In this document: positions 22,506 to 34,045 of the stretch, piece by piece | How the letters are laid out: every line of letters starts with the position of its first letter | Numbering within the stretch: position 1 is the first letter of the stretch | Assembly: GCA_964019335.1 (NCBI GenBank) | Contig: OZ025746.1 | Location: 248,001-312,000, forward strand | Length of the DNA: 64,000 nucleotides | From: Diplonema japonicum | Lineage: Eukaryota > Protista > Euglenozoa: Diplonemea | Direction of reading: 5' to 3' | Made by a program: the position numbers and the translations under genes | The notes under the pieces: generated by a model | Databases searched by the model: none | What the model saw: the letters and a program-made list of their open reading frames with translations, nothing else | What the model was told of the DNA's origin: nothing

Positions 22506-23106
22506 CTAAACGGAAGAGTAACCACCCCCGGTCGCCTTGTTCTTAATGAACATGGCACCATCCTTCAAGAGGTTGGGGAAGTCCTTCCAGAACTCAAGCG
22601 CGTGTATCATGTTCACTCCGCGTTCACCCTTGGCCTGTTTTTTTTTTTTTTTTTTTTTTTTTTTTTCTTCTTCATACAAAGAACATATATGCCATGCCCC
22701 CAGTGAAGTAAACAGCACCGCCCACGAAGAAAATGATAAGGAACACCTCCCCGCCAGTGAGGCCGCTGCTGCTCGAGCCCGAGGATTCAGGTGCGGGCAT
22801 GCAGATAACGTCGTTTAGCTCGCCGCCGTCCCAATCTTCGATTTTGCAACCGTAACCGCTTCCAGAAAGTTTCTTCTTTGAGGACGGGTCCCCACGCGTG
22901 ATGGAGTTAAACCCGATGACGTTCGTGCAAATGTAGTTAGAACACTCGGTGAGCACGTCGAGAGATGAAAGCACCAGCCCTTCACCCTGATCACAATTGT
23001 CAACTGAGTAGTGGCGCAGAGTTGTGCAATCATAACCAGCAGTGGGTGGGTCCACCGCACTGGCCACTGCCACCAATCCAACAAAAAGGGCAAGTTTGCA
23101 AAGCAT
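22506..23106 (-). CDS. Type I membrane protein with M6PR/ATG27-like TM and tail, paralogue 1; exons 23106-22678 and 22634-22506
   Basis: Signal peptide, Cys-rich luminal module, TM (FLIIFFVGGAVYFTGGMAY), spliced tail AKGERGVNMIHALEFWKDFPNLLKDG..GYSSV. Confidence 0.85.
22635..22677 (-). other. 43-nt poly(A) intron
   Basis: GTATGAAGAAG(A)nCAG; removal joins the TM to the conserved tail in frame. Confidence 0.9.
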
Positions 23107-24080
23107 TTTTTTTTTTTTTTTCCTTCCTTCTAGCAACAATGAACAATCAAATCCAGTTTATTATTCACAGCATGGCTAAAAAAAAAAAAAAAAAATACAC
23201 TTTAATGCACTAATGCACTAACAAAATGCGCATAAAACAAAGAAAAGGGGGTGGGTGGGAAAGAGATATAAGACACAAAAAAGGAAGGGGGGGTTGGGGA
23301 TAATGAAAATTGAATCCAGGGGAGGGGGGAGAGAGAGGGGGGGGGGCAAAGGCTCACATAAAAAAAAAATAAACGGTACCATAGCACAATTTCCTTTCCC
23401 CCTATACGAAAGGGACTCTCCCCCCCTTTTTTTTTCTTTGATTATTTTTTTTTTTGACCATTCCACCCGTAAGAGGATACAGGGAAAAAAAAAAAAGTAA
23501 GAAAAAAAAAGGAGTTTCCCTCAGGAACCCCCTCCCACCTCTTTTTTTTTTGTTGTATTCAATTGGGGTGTTTTTTTTTTTTTTTTTTTCTTTCTCGCTT
23601 TAATTTTTAGTTTTCCCTTTTCTTTGTCATTCTTCTTTTTTTACGTAAGATAAATAATAAAAAAAAATAAAGATCACACGGAATAAAGGAGGGAAAACGA
23701 TTCGCAGCTTCCAGGGAAAAGAGGGGGAAAAAAAAAAAAGCAACGTTGCACCAAAGAAAAAAACCCCCCCCCCTCAATCCTATTACAAGTACTTAATGCT
23801 GACACGACGTCTATGTAAGTACGAGGGGGGAAAAACAAAGGGAACAAATCAAAAAAATAAAATAAAAAAGAGGGGAGGACTCGTTGCATTGGAGGAATCA
23901 AAAAAAAAAAAAAGGGATATTGAAAAGGGTATTTTCGACACGTACTAAGTAATAAATAAATAAAAAAAAGCTGCGAGAGGAGAGAGATCAAAAGGGTTCA
24001 AAAAAACTCGATTTCACAAGATGCAAACTAGGGGGGGGGGGGGGGGGGGGAGAAACCATCACAAAAAAACCCCCTTCCTT

Positions 24081-27000
24081 CTAAACGGAGGAGTAGCCAC
24101 CACCGGTCACCTTGTTCTTAATGAACAGGGCCCCGTCCTTCATCAGATTAGGAAGGTCCTTCCAGAACTCAACGTTGGGGACCATGTTCACACCGGTCTC
24201 GCCCTTGACCTAGGAGGTGTTGTTGAAAATATATAAAGGGGGGGCCCGAATAATTCCCTCCCAAATAATGTGTTTTTTCCCAAATACTGTAAAACAAAAA
24301 TCCCACCGGAAGATAAAATATCCGGACCGCCGAAACATCGGGTGATTTTTTCTTCCGGACATTCCTTTGGGCACTTTTCTAAGGGGGTACCTAGCCTGAC
24401 CTACGCACTGCCCCCTCTGTCTGGAAAACTTATATTTCTGTTGCAAGAGTCTTAAGAACGGCAAAAATAAAATTCAAATTAACAGACGAAAGCTGCATGC
24501 TCTAAAAAGGGGAAGGACATATCTCGCGACCCCTCCAGGTGCTGACCTCTTCAGGTGACTGAAATGATATTGCAAGTGGGAATATCTTCAGGTGAGAGGC
24601 ACCCTTCAATGGCTGCGTCCCAGCAGGTTGGAGAGTACTTTTCCCGACAATAGAACTAAAAAAGGGGGCGAGGAAAGGGCAGCATCTTACCTGTCCGCAC
24701 GTCTGACCGTCTTGTTTGCTGCCTTCGCAGCCTTGGCAGTGCGCCTGGCCTCGGCCTTAATGGCACAAATAGGTGAGGTCTGGGGGACAAACGCTAAGTG
24801 AACGTTTGTTTCTGAAAACAAGTTCACAAAAGCCTGCGTAGTGGACATTGTAGTCATCCAGGATGAGTAGGATGGGCTCGGTGGGTGCTCAGCCCGATGA
24901 CTCGATGAGGTTGTAGCAAAGGGGAGAAACAAATCTTTTACCCAGAGCCGAAGCGTTTCCTGGGTGGCCCAGTGAGATTTCGAAGCTGTTAAACTCCAGC
25001 CTTTTGGGGGGTGTGCAGCACGAGGGACGGACCCGAAGTATTTCCTGCCGCGAGCTGGTTCTCTTTTTCCCGTGTAAATTAGCTGCGGGTGCAGTTTGCC
25101 ACCAGTCAGGGAAACGCAAAACTGTCCGGTGACGGCGCGCTTGTCCTAAATCCCTAACCTTGACAACTTTGGGACCCCTTTTCGTCTTCTTCCCAGCGGC
25201 AGCAGCTGGTCCATGTTCCAGGTCAACCGGCCTGATCTTTGTGAACCTCCTCGCTGCTTGGGTGTCTTTGGGGCTGCTAGACTTCCCTATTGTTGGGTGG
25301 CGGCTTGTGATGCCATGCTTGGAGCACAGCTGGTTGGCCCTCTGCATACAGGCAGATGTCCGACGCTGCTACCGGCACCCCCCTTCCGTTCTGCATCTGG
25401 ATCCAAACAAAGAGCCTTGTTGTTTCTTCCTAGTTCAGAAGAGGCTTGCGACCCGCAGTAACGGGTGCGGCAGGGGGATCGACCTTGGAGCTACCAAAGC
25501 GGTGCTTCCAGTCTGATATACTGGACATTGGCTCCATGACGCAAACCCGCAAAAAATAAGAACAACCCTAAAGCAAGCACAAGAAGTGGTTTGGTTCAAC
25601 AAGCTTGTGGTAGAAGCAAACAATCAGGATCTGAGGTGTCTTTTAGTTCTTGGAAAGTCCGTAATTCAATTCTCTGATTTTTGTTTGATTTTCTCTTGCT
25701 ATAGAAACTAGTTTCATCTGTTTTCGGGTCCAGCCCTTTAATAAAAGGGGGGTCCCAGGAAAAAAATGTCCGGAAGAAAAAATATCCGGACCGCCAGAGC
25801 TTCCGGACATTTTATCTTCCGGACATTTTTTCTTCCGGACATTTTATCTTCCGGTGATTTTTGTTTTACAGTAATTCTTTTTTTTTTTTGGGGATTTTTC
25901 TGCTCCAAATTTCCCAAATAATTCCCAATCTCCTTTTTTTTTTTTTGAGGGGACGGGGGGGGGGGCTGTAGAGCTGTAGACGTGGCTGACGCCCGACCAA
26001 GAAGTGGAAGGCAGTTTATTTTATTCAGAATGTAATGCCAAGCCCAGGCACTGTTCATCAGACTATCAATCTTAAACCTCTTTAAAATGGCCTTCTTACC
26101 CCCTACGGATGAGGACTGGTACGTGCACGACGGGCAGTTGAACGCAAACCCGTTCGGAGACGGGTTGGCGGGTGAAGAGCCTGAGGAGCAGGAGCAAGAG
26201 CAGGAAGAAGTACATACAAGAGGAGACGCCGTGAGTACACCGTGGTGGAGAAGTTGTGGATAATTGCCTTGTGCAAGACGGCGGGTGCGGAGGCGGTGTC
26301 GCGGAAGTACGCCTTCGCAGGCGTGACTTGCCAGTATTATGGCAAATGAACAGGCGTACATCGACGATCGCTGCCGCCGACACCAAAAGGCTCGCCAGTG
26401 CGATCATCACCATCATCAACACCACCGACAAGCAACCAGAGCCCATCCTGTTGCTGAAGAAGGACAGGCTCCCGTCCCAGGGAGAAATAGACAAGTGCAA
26501 AGGGGTGCAGGTCGCAGCATGCGAAAGTGGAGTTGTGGGTTTTGACTTTTTTTATAATGTCTACATCCCATACTTGCGTGCTGCGGTGCCTGAAGATGCG
26601 ACGGTGCTGCTGATTTTGGACTCAGCCAGAGGCCACATCAGCGATGCAAGCAAGGCGGCCATGAAGGCTGCAAAGATTATACCAGCTGTGATCCCTGGTG
26701 GGCTTACCACGGATCTACAACTTTTAGACGTTTTTTATTTTTCGTTATTTAAACTCCATTTTGAGGGGTTAGGAGGGCTGTGGCATGCCAAAGCAACTGA
26801 GGCGGGACGTGGGTCGATGACTGCAGCAGAGCGCCGTATCAACGTGGCACTGTGGGTAGGGCAGGCACATGAGAAGGTCATGCAACTGCTCGACACCTCT
26901 ACCTGTATGCGGTCTCTCGGCTACCTACCAGGTAGTTCCGTGGAGACCATACAGCTAAGAGCACTTGGCGAAGTAAGCACTTTGAAGGAGTCGGACCCTT

Positions 27001-27976
27001 TAGACAGTGCAGCACAGAACGTTGTTGCGGGTGCGACAACGGGCACTACACCCGAGACTCCAGCCTCCCAAGCCCTTGCAGTTTCTCAAACCCCGACAGA
27101 CTCCCAAGAAGCTTCTCAAGCCCCAGCGGCCTCTCAGACCCCTGCAACCTCCCAGCAACCACCTAACGCCAAAACCAGGCGGATTGTCTGCGACGTTGGT
27201 GGGTTCTCCACAGCCTGGGAGTGGCAAGAACACAAGGCCAAGAAGTGCTCCAAGCCCCACTCCCTGTTATCCATGTGGCAGGCCCCCCAGCCCAAATAAG
27301 TACAACCCAAATAAGTGTATTCCAAATAATTCTTTTTTTTTGGAGCCCAAACACCCCCCCTCCACTGCCCAAATAAAGGGATTATTCAGGGGGCCCCTTT
27401 ATTTCTCTCTTTTTTTTTTTTTTTTTTTTTTTCTCATACCTTGAATCTGTATGCCATACCGGCGCCCATGTACACAGCAAAGCCCACGAAGAAAATGATG
27501 AGGAAGATGACTCCACCATCAACACCATCACTGCTGCTAGACGGCTCGGCAGGGGTCGGCTCGACAGGGACACCCGGGGGTGGGGTGTCGGGTGTGGGGC
27601 CAGGGGGCTGGGGGGTGGGCGGGGGCTGGGGGGTGTCAGGTGGCGGGCCTCCCGATGGCGTGCAGATCACATCACCCACATTTGTCCCATCCCAATCCTC
27701 GATAATGCAACCGTAGCCAGTCCCCGCTAGCTTCTTTGTCATATCCGACCCGTGTGCAATTGCATAGGGGTCAATAAGGGCACAGATATCCGCCGAGCAG
27801 GTCATCAGAGTATCCAAGTCTGCCAAATCATAACCAGCACGGCAGCTGTCTACGTCATGTACGAGAGTACCGCAGTCCGCGGCATCCTGGGTTATGTTTT
27901 TTTTTTTTTTTTTTTTTCCTCCTCATACCGTTCCTGACGCCATCGCCAAGCTTGCAATCGCCACATATTTCAACAT
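24081..27976 (-). CDS. M6PR/ATG27-tail paralogue 2; exons 27976-27929, 27886-27440, 24209-24081
   Basis: MLKYVAIASLAMASGT|DAADCGTL...AYRFK|VKGETGVNMVPNVEFWKDLPNLMKDG..GYSSV*, collinear with paralogues 1 and 3. Confidence 0.85.
24287..25871 (-). mobile_element. Nested pogo-like transposon, family B (degenerate)
   Basis: TIRs CTGTAAAACAAAAATC..ACCGGAAGATAAAAT, TA duplication at 24285-6 and 25872-3, subterminal TCCGGA repeats, frameshifted PILLILDDYNVH...NVHLAFVP remnant. The empty site (TTCCCAAATAATTC) is seen in the family A copy near 61385. Confidence 0.88.
26256..27299 (+). pseudogene. Truncated DDE_1 (pogo/CENP-B-type) transposase
   Basis: LLILDSARGH and IPGGLTTDLQLLDV motifs; no intact N-terminal HTH or clear start codon. 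Confidence 0.8.
27887..27928 (-). other. 42-nt poly(A) intron
   Basis: GTATGAGGAGG(A)nCATAACCCAG, phase 0, after the signal peptide. Confidence 0.85.
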
Positions 27977-28947
27977 TTTTCCCCCCTCTTTTTGTTACCC
28001 CCTCTTTTTTTTTTTTTTTTTTTTTTGCGGCGTTTAAAATTTACTACGATAAAGAAAAATATATATAAAAAAAAAAAAAAAAAGCGAAAGGGAAAGAACA
28101 AAGTTTGGGGTATAAGAAGAAGAAAAAAAAAGGTGAGGGGAAAAAGTAATTAAGACAGTGAGTCCGTGGAGGGGGGGGGGACATTTTTTGTTCACTAAGT
28201 TTGCAGTGAGTAAGCAGTGTCTCAAAGGTTGGCTTGGTGGTGGGGGGGGTAAAATATAGAAAGTTGTGAACACAGACATAGCAGGGAGGGGGGAAAAAAT
28301 GCAAGAAACAAACAAAGAAAATCACTCGGGGGAGGAGGAGGGCACGAAAATGAGAGTGAAAAAAAAAGGGGAGATATGAGTCTGACTGTGGAATTGGTGC
28401 AGCAAATGCACGTTTAACCGTTTTAACTTTTTTTTTTTTTTCCCGTTTTTTTTTCTTTTTTTTTCCCCTCGGCTGAAACCCCCTTATCCATTGGCACGCT
28501 ACTATGATGCGAACTACTGACAAGGGGGAGGTTTAAAAAAAAATAGAGAAGGAATAAAAAAAAAGAGTTTTTTGGTTTGGGTAAAAAAACAAATCCAACC
28601 ATAAAATGAGGTTTCAGGTACCCCTCCCCCCCCACCACCACCACTGTCTGAACTGTCACAGGGGGAAAAAAAAAGAGAAAAATAAACTACGAACCACAGA
28701 GGAAGGTAAAAAAAAAAAAAAAAAGGAAAAAAAAGGAACGGGGAGGGTTAAAAAAAAAAAAGAAAACACACATAATACACACCCGGAATTTTTTTTGTAA
28801 CATCGTAAAAAAAAAAAAAAAAAAAAAGAAAGAAAGAATAAAAGATTGCGCTTCACTTGCTTTCTTCTTTCATCTTCTTTCATACCCCCCCCCCCCTCCC
28901 CCCCTGCATTCTTATTTTCATCTCAAAATGTCAACAAAAAGTGATGG

Positions 28948-28984
<37 letters not shown>

Positions 28985-29001
28985 ACCAGACTGAAACAGT
29001 T

Positions 29002-29132
29002 CTAAACGGAAGAGTAGCCACCACCGGTCACCTTGTTCTTAATGAACAGGGCCCCGTCCTTCATCAGATTAGGAAGGTCCTTCCAGAACTCAACGTGGGG
29101 GATGATGTTGACACCGCTCTCGCCCTTGACCT

Positions 29133-29164
<32 letters not shown>

Positions 29165-29575
29165 CCCTTTCATACCTTGAACATGTAGGCCATACCGGCG
29201 GCCATGTACACAGCAAAGCCCACGAAGAAAATGATCAAGAAAATTGCCCCACCAGAGATGCCATCACTGCTGCTAGACGACTCAGGGGTCGGCTCGACAG
29301 GAACACCCGGGGGTGGGGTGTCGGGTGTGGGGCCTCCTGATGGAGCACAGATCACATCACCCACATTTGTCCCATCCCAATCCTCGATAATGCAGCCGTA
29401 GCCAGTCCCCGCTAGCTTCTTGGTCATGTCTGCCCCGTGCGCAATTGCATAGGGGTCAAGAAGGGCACATATCTCCGTTTTGCATGTTGTCAAAGTTTCG
29501 AGGTCGACCAATTTTTGCCCCAGAGAGCATGACCCAACTTTGTGCAAAAGCGTACTGCAGTCATCTGCTGCCTGT

Positions 29576-29622
<47 letters not shown>

Positions 29623-30937
29623 CCATAACACTCCAAGGCGCAAATATTTGTCGTTTTGAAAAATCGTTTTTTTTTTTTCTCTAAGTACTTTTTCGTCCCC
29701 TACGACCCCTGGATCTCCAAGAACGACAATAGTGAGGAGTTATTTTCAACTGCAATTCATGTTGCACTGCATCACTTTACCTTGTTATCCACCCACCAAG
29801 TGGGTCCCAAATCCGAGTGGATAGGCGAAAAAACGCAAAATAACGGGTGTGCAGACTGTGTCCAAAAAACGCAAAGGTAAAGCCAAAACAGCTATGGACG
29901 AGGTCCAACCTTCATGGGTAAGGGAGTTGGTACCCATAGAGACCATAAAATAGGCAGGTGGGGGGGAAAAAAGCTGTCCCGTGGTACGCAGAAACCTGAC
30001 GACGCAAAATGATTATTCCTTCGGTTTTTTGATAAGAAGTTCACAGACGTCATCCAAGAAGAGACAAACAAGCATAAGGACGCTGAGATAAGTAGACAAG
30101 GACGTTCCAGAACAGGAACCTCCTTTATCTCATCTCTTATTCTGTGTTTATTTCATCACAGTGTTGATGGGCTGAGGCGCGTCGTGAGTGTGTATCGTGG
30201 AGGATATCTGGTTTGGAAAGAAGGGACCTACTCCACTCACTGTTTCAGATGCGTGAGTAAAGATGGGGGGTCAGAGTTTTGAATTTTTGTGTGGTAGAGT
30301 GGTTACCGTGCTCACCTGTCAGGTCCCCTTGTTCCAGGAGTCGCGGGTTCGAATCCCGACGCAGTGGTTTTTTCATCAGGGTTCGAACCGCGATCGCCGG
30401 TCTATCCCCACCTTACCGGGGGCCCTGCTTTATTCACGGGCGTGAAATAAAGTATCTGATTTTTTCCTCATGTTTTTTAAGCCACACGTTGCTGGGCGTG
30501 AAAATCAGGTACTTTATTTCACACCCACAGTCATTTCTAGCAAAATGGGAAGAAAACCGAAGGCGACCGGGAAGCGAGCCAAGGGCATCAGCCTAAACTG
30601 GGGAAGACAGGCTTCCAACAAGCAAGCAAAATGGCCTACAGGAAGGAGTGGGAGAGGTTTTGCACCTACCACTCGATCAAACCCAACAAGCACCGTGTTC
30701 AGTAAAGAGTCGCATTGTGCCGCTACAAGCAGGCAGCAGCGACCCAAATTCTTTGCGAGAGCAGCTCATCATTAAATAACATGCAGTATTGAATAAAATC
30801 AGAGCATGATTTCACTTGTGGGGTCCCCACGCGTGAAATCAGGCCATCTGATTTTCATTTAATAAATAGCTATTTTTTTTTTTTTTCCCCCATACCATTG
30901 CGGTGGCAACGCAAGCAGCAAGCACGTATTTCAACAT
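29002..30937 (-). CDS. M6PR/ATG27-tail paralogue 3; exons 30937-30896, 29571-29176, 29130-29002
   Basis: MLKYVLAACVATAM|AADDCSTLLHKVGSC...AYMFK|VKGESGVNIIPHVEFWKDLPNLMKDG..GYSSV*. Confidence 0.85.
29131..29175 (-). other. 45-nt poly(A) intron
   Basis: GTATGAAAGGG(A)nCCAG. Confidence 0.9.
30085..30389 (+). repeat. ~305-bp dispersed repeat ending in a tRNA-like module (second copy 59400-59703)
   Basis: Near-identical sequence from GAGATAAGTAGACAAGGACG to CAGGGTTCGAACC in both copies. Confidence 0.9.
30285..30373 (+). pseudogene. tRNA-Asp(GTC)-derived tRNA-like element
   Basis: A box TGGTAGAGTGG, CTGTCA loop, B box GGTTCGAATCC, T6 terminator; stems are imperfect and extra bases follow the anticodon. 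Confidence 0.6.
30428..30860. mobile_element. Probable MITE or transposon remnant with inverted subterminal repeats
   Basis: GGGCGTGAAATAAAGTATCTGATTT is inverted as AAATCAGGTACTTTATTTCACACCC; a related GCGTGAAATCAG motif occurs near 30831. Confidence 0.45.
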
Positions 30938-31078
30938 TTTTTTTTTTTTTTTAAATTTGCCTTTTGTGGAAAGAGTACAAAATGGGGGTGGGAGGGGGGA
31001 GCTTTTTTCTTCGGTGGAAGAATTAAGAAGAATAAGGGAGAGATTAGTTGATCTTCAAAGAAGACACGAGGGAAAAAA

Positions 31079-31110
<32 letters not shown>

Positions 31111-31625
31111 AAAAAAAAACACACAAGCACTCTGAAAAAGCGGGTTTTTCTTAAATGAGGGGAAGGGGGTGCTCTTTTTTTTTTTCTCCTTTTTCTTTTC
31201 TTTCTTTAAAAAAAAAAAAGGAAATCAATATACAGTAGCATATAAATTAATTTCAGCGACACCCCTTGCTCAATTACTACATTTTCTTTTTTGAATTTCC
31301 CCTCTTTTTTTTTTTTGTTTTCTTCTTCTTTTCGTTACAGCGGGGGAGCAAAAAAAAAAAAAGATATCAAAAAAGGTAAGACTTAACTACATATCACATC
31401 AAAAGAAAAGGCTTTCTTCTCTTCCCCTTTTTTTGACACGCGCACGGGTGACAGAATCATAAACTCGACATTTAAGATGGGTTAGCAAATACGCGAACCA
31501 TATAAATAATAATAATAATAAAATAATAAGCCAGGAGCGGGGGGGAGGGGTGACACAGATACAAACTTCAACTTTTAATCCCCTTTTAAAAATTTTAATT
31601 CACATTCTTTTTTTTCTTTTTTTTC

Positions 31626-32788
31626 CTACTCGGCAGTCACGGACCCATCTTCACCGGGTATGTACTCATACCTGGTGCGTTTCTTGCCAACACAGAAAAG
31701 GAACCCATCAACCACCAACCCAGGGAGAGCCGCCCAAAAGGCGAAGTGGGGAATAAGCCCTGTCAAACTCCGTTCACCAATGATCTAGTTTTTTTTTTTT
31801 TTTTTTTTATTTCCCCCCCCCTTAAATAAAGGAACCAGGGTAGAACGGTTTGAAAGAAGAAGAGAAATATTGACCAGACAGAAACAAAAGATCTTTCAAG
31901 GGTTACAGTTGAAAGAAGGGGATTAGGGCGCACCCCCCATTCTTACACGAGATCAGAACGCTGCTGAAAGACAGACTACGAGGCATTTACCAAGAGACCG
32001 AAGCAGGCGACGCTGCATGACCACGCCAGCTGGCCAAGTTTGCACCCGAGTACCTCGGACTTGGACATAAATTTGACAAGAGTCAGGTCTTTACTCGAGT
32101 TTGCACTTCTAGAAGAGACCCTTCAAAACCCCCCCCAACATACCGCATTCAGAATAAGGCCCCCAAAGAAGTATGCGGCCGTGGTGCCGGTAATGATGAT
32201 GATCAAAACCATTCCATTGGATACGTTGTCACCACCACTGGAACCGGTAGGCATGCAGATGGTGGTTGCAACACTCTGCTTGTCGTCCCAGGGTTCAACC
32301 TGGCAACCATAGGCATTGCCTTTGAGCACATGGGAGGTGGACAACCCTCTGACAACCTCCCAGTCTGTCATAAGTTTGTCGCATATAGTTCGGGAACAGG
32401 TTTTAAGAGTTGTGAAAGGGATGGGGGCCGACCCGTCTTGGCACGGGCCTTGTGTTTTGTTACGTGATAGCAGGGAGCAGATTTCAGGAGGTGGTGGGAC
32501 AGGTTTGCAGATTACGTTTTTCACCACAGTTCCGTTCCAGTGGAATACGGAACAGCCGTAGTTAGAGCCCACTAGAACATGCTCTGAGTCGTCGCACCTA
32601 GCAGTGTCCAGCGAGCCCATCACGTTGCTGCATAAGTATTGCGAGCATGTCCCCAGCTCCTCGTAGGTTACCCCCATGTAACCGTTTTCACACACTGCTT
32701 CTTGCATCACCATCACCTCACAGTTCCCGCTCTCGCCTGTCGCGATCGGCACCATTAGAACCGCGGTGAACAACGCAACGCGGAACAT
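31626..32788 (-). CDS. M6PR/ATG27-tail paralogue 4 with duplicated luminal module; exons 32788-32144 and 31784-31626
   Basis: Signal peptide, two copies of the C..C..LxGxxYGCxVxxW..IC module, TM, and spliced tail IIGERSLTGLIPHFAFWAALPGLVVDG..RYEYIPGEDGSVTAE*. Confidence 0.82.
31785..32143 (-). other. 359-nt intron
   Basis: GTATGT...(A)nCTAG at the same post-TM position as in paralogues 1-3. Confidence 0.82.
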
Positions 32789-33954
32789 AGTATTTTTTTT
32801 TTTTTTTTTTTCTTTTTTTTTTTTCCCCTTCTCCCCTCCCCCGTTCTCCGGGGAGATCTCGTTCTCCTTTTTTTTTTTTTAAAAAACACAAGGAGTGGGG
32901 AAGATTTATATAAAAAAAAAAGAGAGAAAAAAATATGAAAAAAGGGAGGGGAGGGGAAGCATTATGAAACAGATATTAGAGTAAAAAAAAGGGGGGGGGG
33001 TTTTCTTCTTTTTTCTTTTTTCTTTTTCATTTTTGTTTTGGAATTTTTCCAAGCAGGGAGAGGAAGGGGAGGGAAGGGGAGGGGCAAACAAAACAATTGG
33101 GGGGGGGGGCTCTTGTTCCATGGTCTCCCTTACTGGGTCCGAAGGGTGACTGCATCACCATATGTTTCGATCCAAGGCCGAAAGCCCTCAAAGTAGTGGC
33201 AACAACATAAATGCAGCTGTATTGTGTCAGGAAAACTAGCTATACAAATAGAACAAAAGAGGACCCGGCCATTGCTTGTATATGCCATTTTTCTTTTTTA
33301 AAGACAAGTCAATGACTCGTTCTTGCAAAAAAAAAGAGGGGAAAAAAAAACAAGGGGGGGGTGTGTAATGGATAAAAGGATGTGCCCTGTGGCCACTTGT
33401 TGCTAAGGTGTAAGGTCAAAGCTTAAGGCAACAACCAATAGGTGTCTTTCCTTACGGGCAGCCCATGGGAAAGAAGGGGTGTTGTGTGCTAAAAAAAAAG
33501 AAAATAGCTGTAAACCATGAAAGAGTCAGAGACTGGGATCATCTTTATCTGATTCTTAAGTCTGTGATCGAAAAAAAAATTTTTTTGATCTATTTTTTTT
33601 TAAACCTTCTTCACGTGCTGTTGTTGCGCCGTTGTTCAAATTTAATAAGAGGGGGGTGGGGGGTGGGGGGAGCAAAACGAGAAACAAATATGTATAGTTT
33701 TCTCTGTTTTTTTTCTCTTTTTTTCGTTCTGTGTTTTTTTTTTTAAAGGTAGTAGAAAAGAACCAAATAATAAAATGGAAAAAAGAAAGAAAAAAATAAA
33801 GGGGTCAGAATGCGGAGAAATATTTGGGGGGGGGAATAAAATCAGTTTTTGTTCTCAAAAAAAAAAAAGAAACAAGAATACAACAAGTTTAACGTCAGAA
33901 AAGGATAACTTCAGTGATAAATGTAAAAAAAAATAATTATTTGCTTGCTACCAT

Positions 33955-34045
33955 GTGCTGGACTTGGCTCAAGGTGACGAGTCACCAGTCAACGCATTAG
34001 CTAGAGGCACGGTCCCTAGGGAGGTGGCTCCGCTGATGGCAGGGG
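33955..34045 (-). mobile_element. Degenerate Ingi/L1Tc-clade 5' signature (Pr77/HDV-ribozyme-like)
   Basis: CCCTGCCATCAGCGGAGCCACCTC..CCTAGGG...GAGCCAAGTCCAGC resembles the trypanosomatid 77-79 nt signature (compared from memory). Confidence 0.5.

Larger units (their letters stand above)
24236..27399 (+). mobile_element. Pogo-like (Tc1/mariner superfamily) DNA transposon, family A, with TA target-site duplication
   Basis: Imperfect TIRs AAGGGGGGGCCCGAATAAT / ATTATTCAGGGGGCCCCTT, TA on both sides, and a DDE_1 transposase remnant. A second copy lies at 59930-61434. Confidence 0.88.
24210..27439 (-). other. 3230-nt intron expanded by nested transposons
   Basis: GTATGAG(A)n...CTCCTAG at the same position as the 43- and 45-nt introns of paralogues 1 and 3. 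Confidence 0.85.
29572..30895 (-). other. 1324-nt intron expanded by repeats
   Basis: GTATGGGGG(A)n ... (A)nCACAG; the equivalent intron in paralogue 2 is 42 nt. Confidence 0.82.

Noticed and set aside
22672-22677. Stop-codon readthrough or an alternative genetic code at TM-proximal TGA stops
   Set aside because: The TGA is part of the GTATGA splice donor; splicing restores the frame, and long ORFs translate normally with the standard code.
29615-29660. piggyBac-like terminus (TTAA followed by ACCCAT)
   Set aside because: No matching inverted end or transposase could be identified.
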